Source: an uncultured Gemmatimonadales bacterium
GTDB taxonomy: Bacteria; Gemmatimonadota; Gemmatimonadetes; Gemmatimonadales; Gemmatimonadaceae
NCBI GenBank assembly: GCA_963793305.1
Contig: CAWBZV010000003.1
Coordinates: 1,440,001-1,504,000 of the forward strand
DNA length: 64,000 bases
Reading direction: 5' to 3'
Each line of letters opens with the position of its first letter. Position 1 is the first letter of the stretch. Both the position numbers and the translations under genes were made by a program. Below, in pieces: positions 61,600 through 64,000 of the stretch. Under the pieces are notes generated by a model. That model was not told the DNA's origin and ran no database searches. It saw nothing but the letters and a program-made list of their open reading frames with translations.

Positions 61600-62646
61600 G
61601 GCGCTTCGCCGCCTGCGCAGTCTTAGTCGCGCTCGCGACGCCCGCTCTGGTCCAGGCACAAGGCAACACCGACGAGACTCTCAAGAAAGCCGTTCAGCTC
61701 TACGAGGAGCTCCAGGTCGAGCGCGCGCTCGTCCTCCTCCGCCAGGTGATCTCACCGAGCTCCCCATTCGTGGTCTCGAGCGCCCAGCGCGTCGAGGCCT
61801 ACAAGTACTTGGGTGCCGCCCACGCGATCCTGGGCCAGTCCGACTCGGCCTCCGTCTACTTCCGCGCCGCCATCGAGCGCGATCCGTTCGTCGATCTCGA
61901 TGCCCAAGCCTTTACCACGGTCGAGCGCGCCGCCTTCGCCGAGGCGCGCCAACGGACCTTCGCGGTCGCCGTTCGCCCCATCGTCCGGACGCGCATCGAT
62001 CCGCGCACCGAGCGCATGACCTTCGTCCTGCTCTCGACGCACGCGTGCCTGCTACACGCCGAGCTCCGCGACGCGAAGGGAGTCGTCACGCCGATCTTCG
62101 AGTCGGAGAACGAGGGCGTGCGCGAGATCCAATGGGACGGCTTGCTCGCCGACGGCCACGTGGCGCCGGCCGGGCGCTATGAGCTCGTGATTCGTGGCCA
62201 GAGCCATCTCACCGACAACGTCGATTCGGCTCGCCTCTTTCTCGAACGTCGCGCTCGACCGCCCGCCGCTCGAAGACACGCTGCCATCACTCGGCGCCGC
62301 CGACCTGCTGCCCGAGCGCTATCCCGCCTCAGCCTCCAGCATTGAGCTCGCCAAGGGTCTCGGCATCGCCGTCACGGCGCTCGCCATCCCTCTAGCCGTC
62401 GGCGACAACCACATCGGCACCGGCGCCCGCGGTCTCGCCGGCGTCATGGCCGCCGGCGGAATCGCCGTCGGCGTCGGCGGCTTCGTCTGGCGGCGCCAGC
62501 ACAACGAGATCGCGGCAAATATCGCCGAGAACACCCGCCGCAAGGCCGAGCGCGACGCCAAGAATGGCGACATCGAGCGGCGAAACGAGCAACGCGTCGC
62601 CATCACTGCGCTGATCATCACCCCCGCCGCGGGCGTCGGGCCGTGA
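61596..62646 (+). CDS. Exported TPR + FlgD-type Ig protein with C-terminal hydrophobic hairpin; +1 frameshift at ~62245
   Basis: Signal peptide ending VQAQ; AYKYLGAAHAILG..DSA..YFRAAI; IQWDG..ADG..APAGRYEL; two Gly-rich hydrophobic segments. Confidence 0.8.
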
Positions 62647-63416
62647 TGACCTGCACCCCGGCCAATCATGAACGCCGCAATCAAGCGAGGCGACGAGCGC
62701 GAACCCGACCGCTAGGTCGGCTCGACACGCAACCGCTGGCGCCGCAGGCGCCTTCCTCAGCGTCAACCGCGAGGAGGGTGTTCCTGGCGCTGGTACTGGT
62801 ATGCGCGCGGCCGGCGGTCGCCCTCGCGCAACTGCAGTGGACCGCGTCGGGCGTCGTGATGGTGGTGACCGACGAGGTGGAGTTCGGCGGACTCCCGAAC
62901 CAGCGGGTGACGGGCGTAGCCGTCGGCGCCGAGCTCGTCGCGGTCCCGCTCCGCATGACGGAATTCCGCGCCCAGATCTCGGCCGGCCACTTGAACAACG
63001 ACACGCCGGCGACCGACAGCCGTGGCTGGACGGACCTCCAACTCGGCGGCAGCGTCTTTGCGACGAACTGGCTGGCGTTCCAACTCGGCGCTGACGCCCG
63101 CGGCTACTCGACGACGATCGGCGATCAACGCTGGATCTCGCTCTCGGCGGGCGCCGAGGCACGCGCGCCGCTATTCGACAACGCGGCGCAAGCGATTTTC
63201 AGGGCGAGTTTTCTTCCGTTGGTCAGCGTCAGCAACCACACGAACCCGGACTTCGCCGTCTCGGCGGCCACCGGTCTGCGCTTCGAGCGCAAGAAGCTCC
63301 AGGGCGCCGTCCTCTTCTCACTCGAGCGCTACAGCTTCCCGAGCACGTCCTTGGGCGCGCACGCCGAGGAGGTAGCGATCCTGAGCCTCCAGCTCGGCGT
63401 GCGCTTCCCGCGTTAG
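62643..63416 (+). CDS. Predicted outer-membrane beta-barrel protein
   Basis: Signal-like FLALVLVCARPAVALAQ, alternating amphipathic strands, terminal LSLQLGVRF. True start may be ~62778. Confidence 0.7.
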   Translation: MMTCTPANHERRNQARRRARTRPLGRLDTQPLAPQAPSSASTARRVFLALVLVCARPAVALAQLQWTASGVVMVVTDEVEFGGLPNQRVTGVAVGAELVAVPLRMTEFRAQISAGHLNNDTPATDSRGWTDLQLGGSVFATNWLAFQLGADARGYSTTIGDQRWISLSAGAEARAPLFDNAAQAIFRASFLPLVSVSNHTNPDFAVSAATGLRFERKKLQGAVLFSLERYSFPSTSLGAHAEEVAILSLQLGVRFPR

Positions 63417-64000
63417 CCCTTCGTCGTGACGTGAACCGTCACTGACATACCCGGACGCAGGGGACGATCGGGGCCGAGTCCCTGCGTAATGCGAATACGC
63501 ACGGGCACGCGCTGCACGACTTTCGTGAAGTTCCCAGTCGCGTTATCCGGCGGAAGGAGAGCGGTCTTCGCCCCCGTGGTACCAGCGAGACTCTCGACGA
63601 CACCGTGAGCCGTCGCGCCGCCGTACGCGTCGACGTCGAAGTCGACCGCTTGCCCCACGCGAATGTGGTCGAGCTGCGTCTCCTTGAAGTTCGCGGTCAC
63701 GAACGCCCCCGTATCGGTGACGAGCGCGAACAGCGACTGTCCGGGCTGGACGAGCTGCCCGGATTCGACGCTCTTATTCCGCACGACGCCGTTCGCCGGC
63801 GCCACGATCTTGGTGTAGAACAGCTGAAGCTGTGCATAATCGAGTGCGGCCTTCGCGGCCGCCAACCGTGCGTCCGCCAGCCGCACGCCCGCCTGGGCAT
63901 TCGACACGGTCGAAACGCCGGCCGCTGACTGCTTCTGCGCGGCGAGCCACGTCGCCTCGGCGGCATCCGAGGCCGCCTGCGCCCCGTCGAGCGCTTGGCG
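63413..64000 (-). CDS. HlyD/EmrA family membrane-fusion protein, 5'-partial
   Basis: ANFKETQL, LLPPDNATGNFTKVVQRVPVRI, LRPGMSV. Confidence 0.93.
   Translation of the reverse strand, partial: RQALDGAQAASDAAEATWLAAQKQSAAGVSTVSNAQAGVRLADARLAAAKAALDYAQLQLFYTKIVAPANGVVRNKSVESGQLVQPGQSLFALVTDTGAFVTANFKETQLDHIRVGQAVDFDVDAYGGATAHGVVESLAGTTGAKTALLPPDNATGNFTKVVQRVPVRIRITQGLGPDRPLRPGMSVTVHVTTKG

Overview
A gene-dense, high-GC bacterial chromosomal segment. The gene families suggest Gemmatimonadota, but that is an inference and cannot be proven from this window. It holds about 57 protein-coding genes, and I found no recognisable rRNA, tRNA, CRISPR array, transposase or integrase. Main blocks in order: (1) a translationally coupled minus-strand cofactor run, pqqBCDE - PAS histidine kinase - bioFADB - pdxH, with no canonical pqqA; (2) an ECF sigma/ZAS anti-sigma pair, OsmC, S53 peptidase and 2Fe-2S ferredoxin; (3) TerC, fused 2-oxoacid dehydrogenase E1, HIT, MarR, nadE, class A PBP and lon; (4) a Ser/Thr kinase, DUF4015-like protein, a LeuD-LeuC-type fused aconitase-family protein, hydrolases, a DEAD-box helicase, an M1 aminopeptidase and an unusual DExH helicase; (5) an isolated 297-aa gene with no family I recognise; (6) dacB, an HGSNAT-like membrane protein, a caa3-type oxidase operon, a degenerate NAPRTase-like gene, leuS and VIT1; (7) an ECF/anti-sigma module divergent from a four-gene operon encoding a large Ig/beta-helix surface protein, a zinc-ribbon/kinase/TM/PEGA protein, a TPR/FlgD-Ig protein and a predicted outer-membrane barrel. 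Block 7 is the best candidate for an undescribed trans-envelope signalling system. Eight +1 frameshifts, seven explained by GA>GAA, look like consensus errors. Many genes appear leaderless (TANNNT 5-8 nt before the start), and two appear to need non-canonical starts (ACG, ATA). All family calls come from motif recognition by eye; no searches were run.
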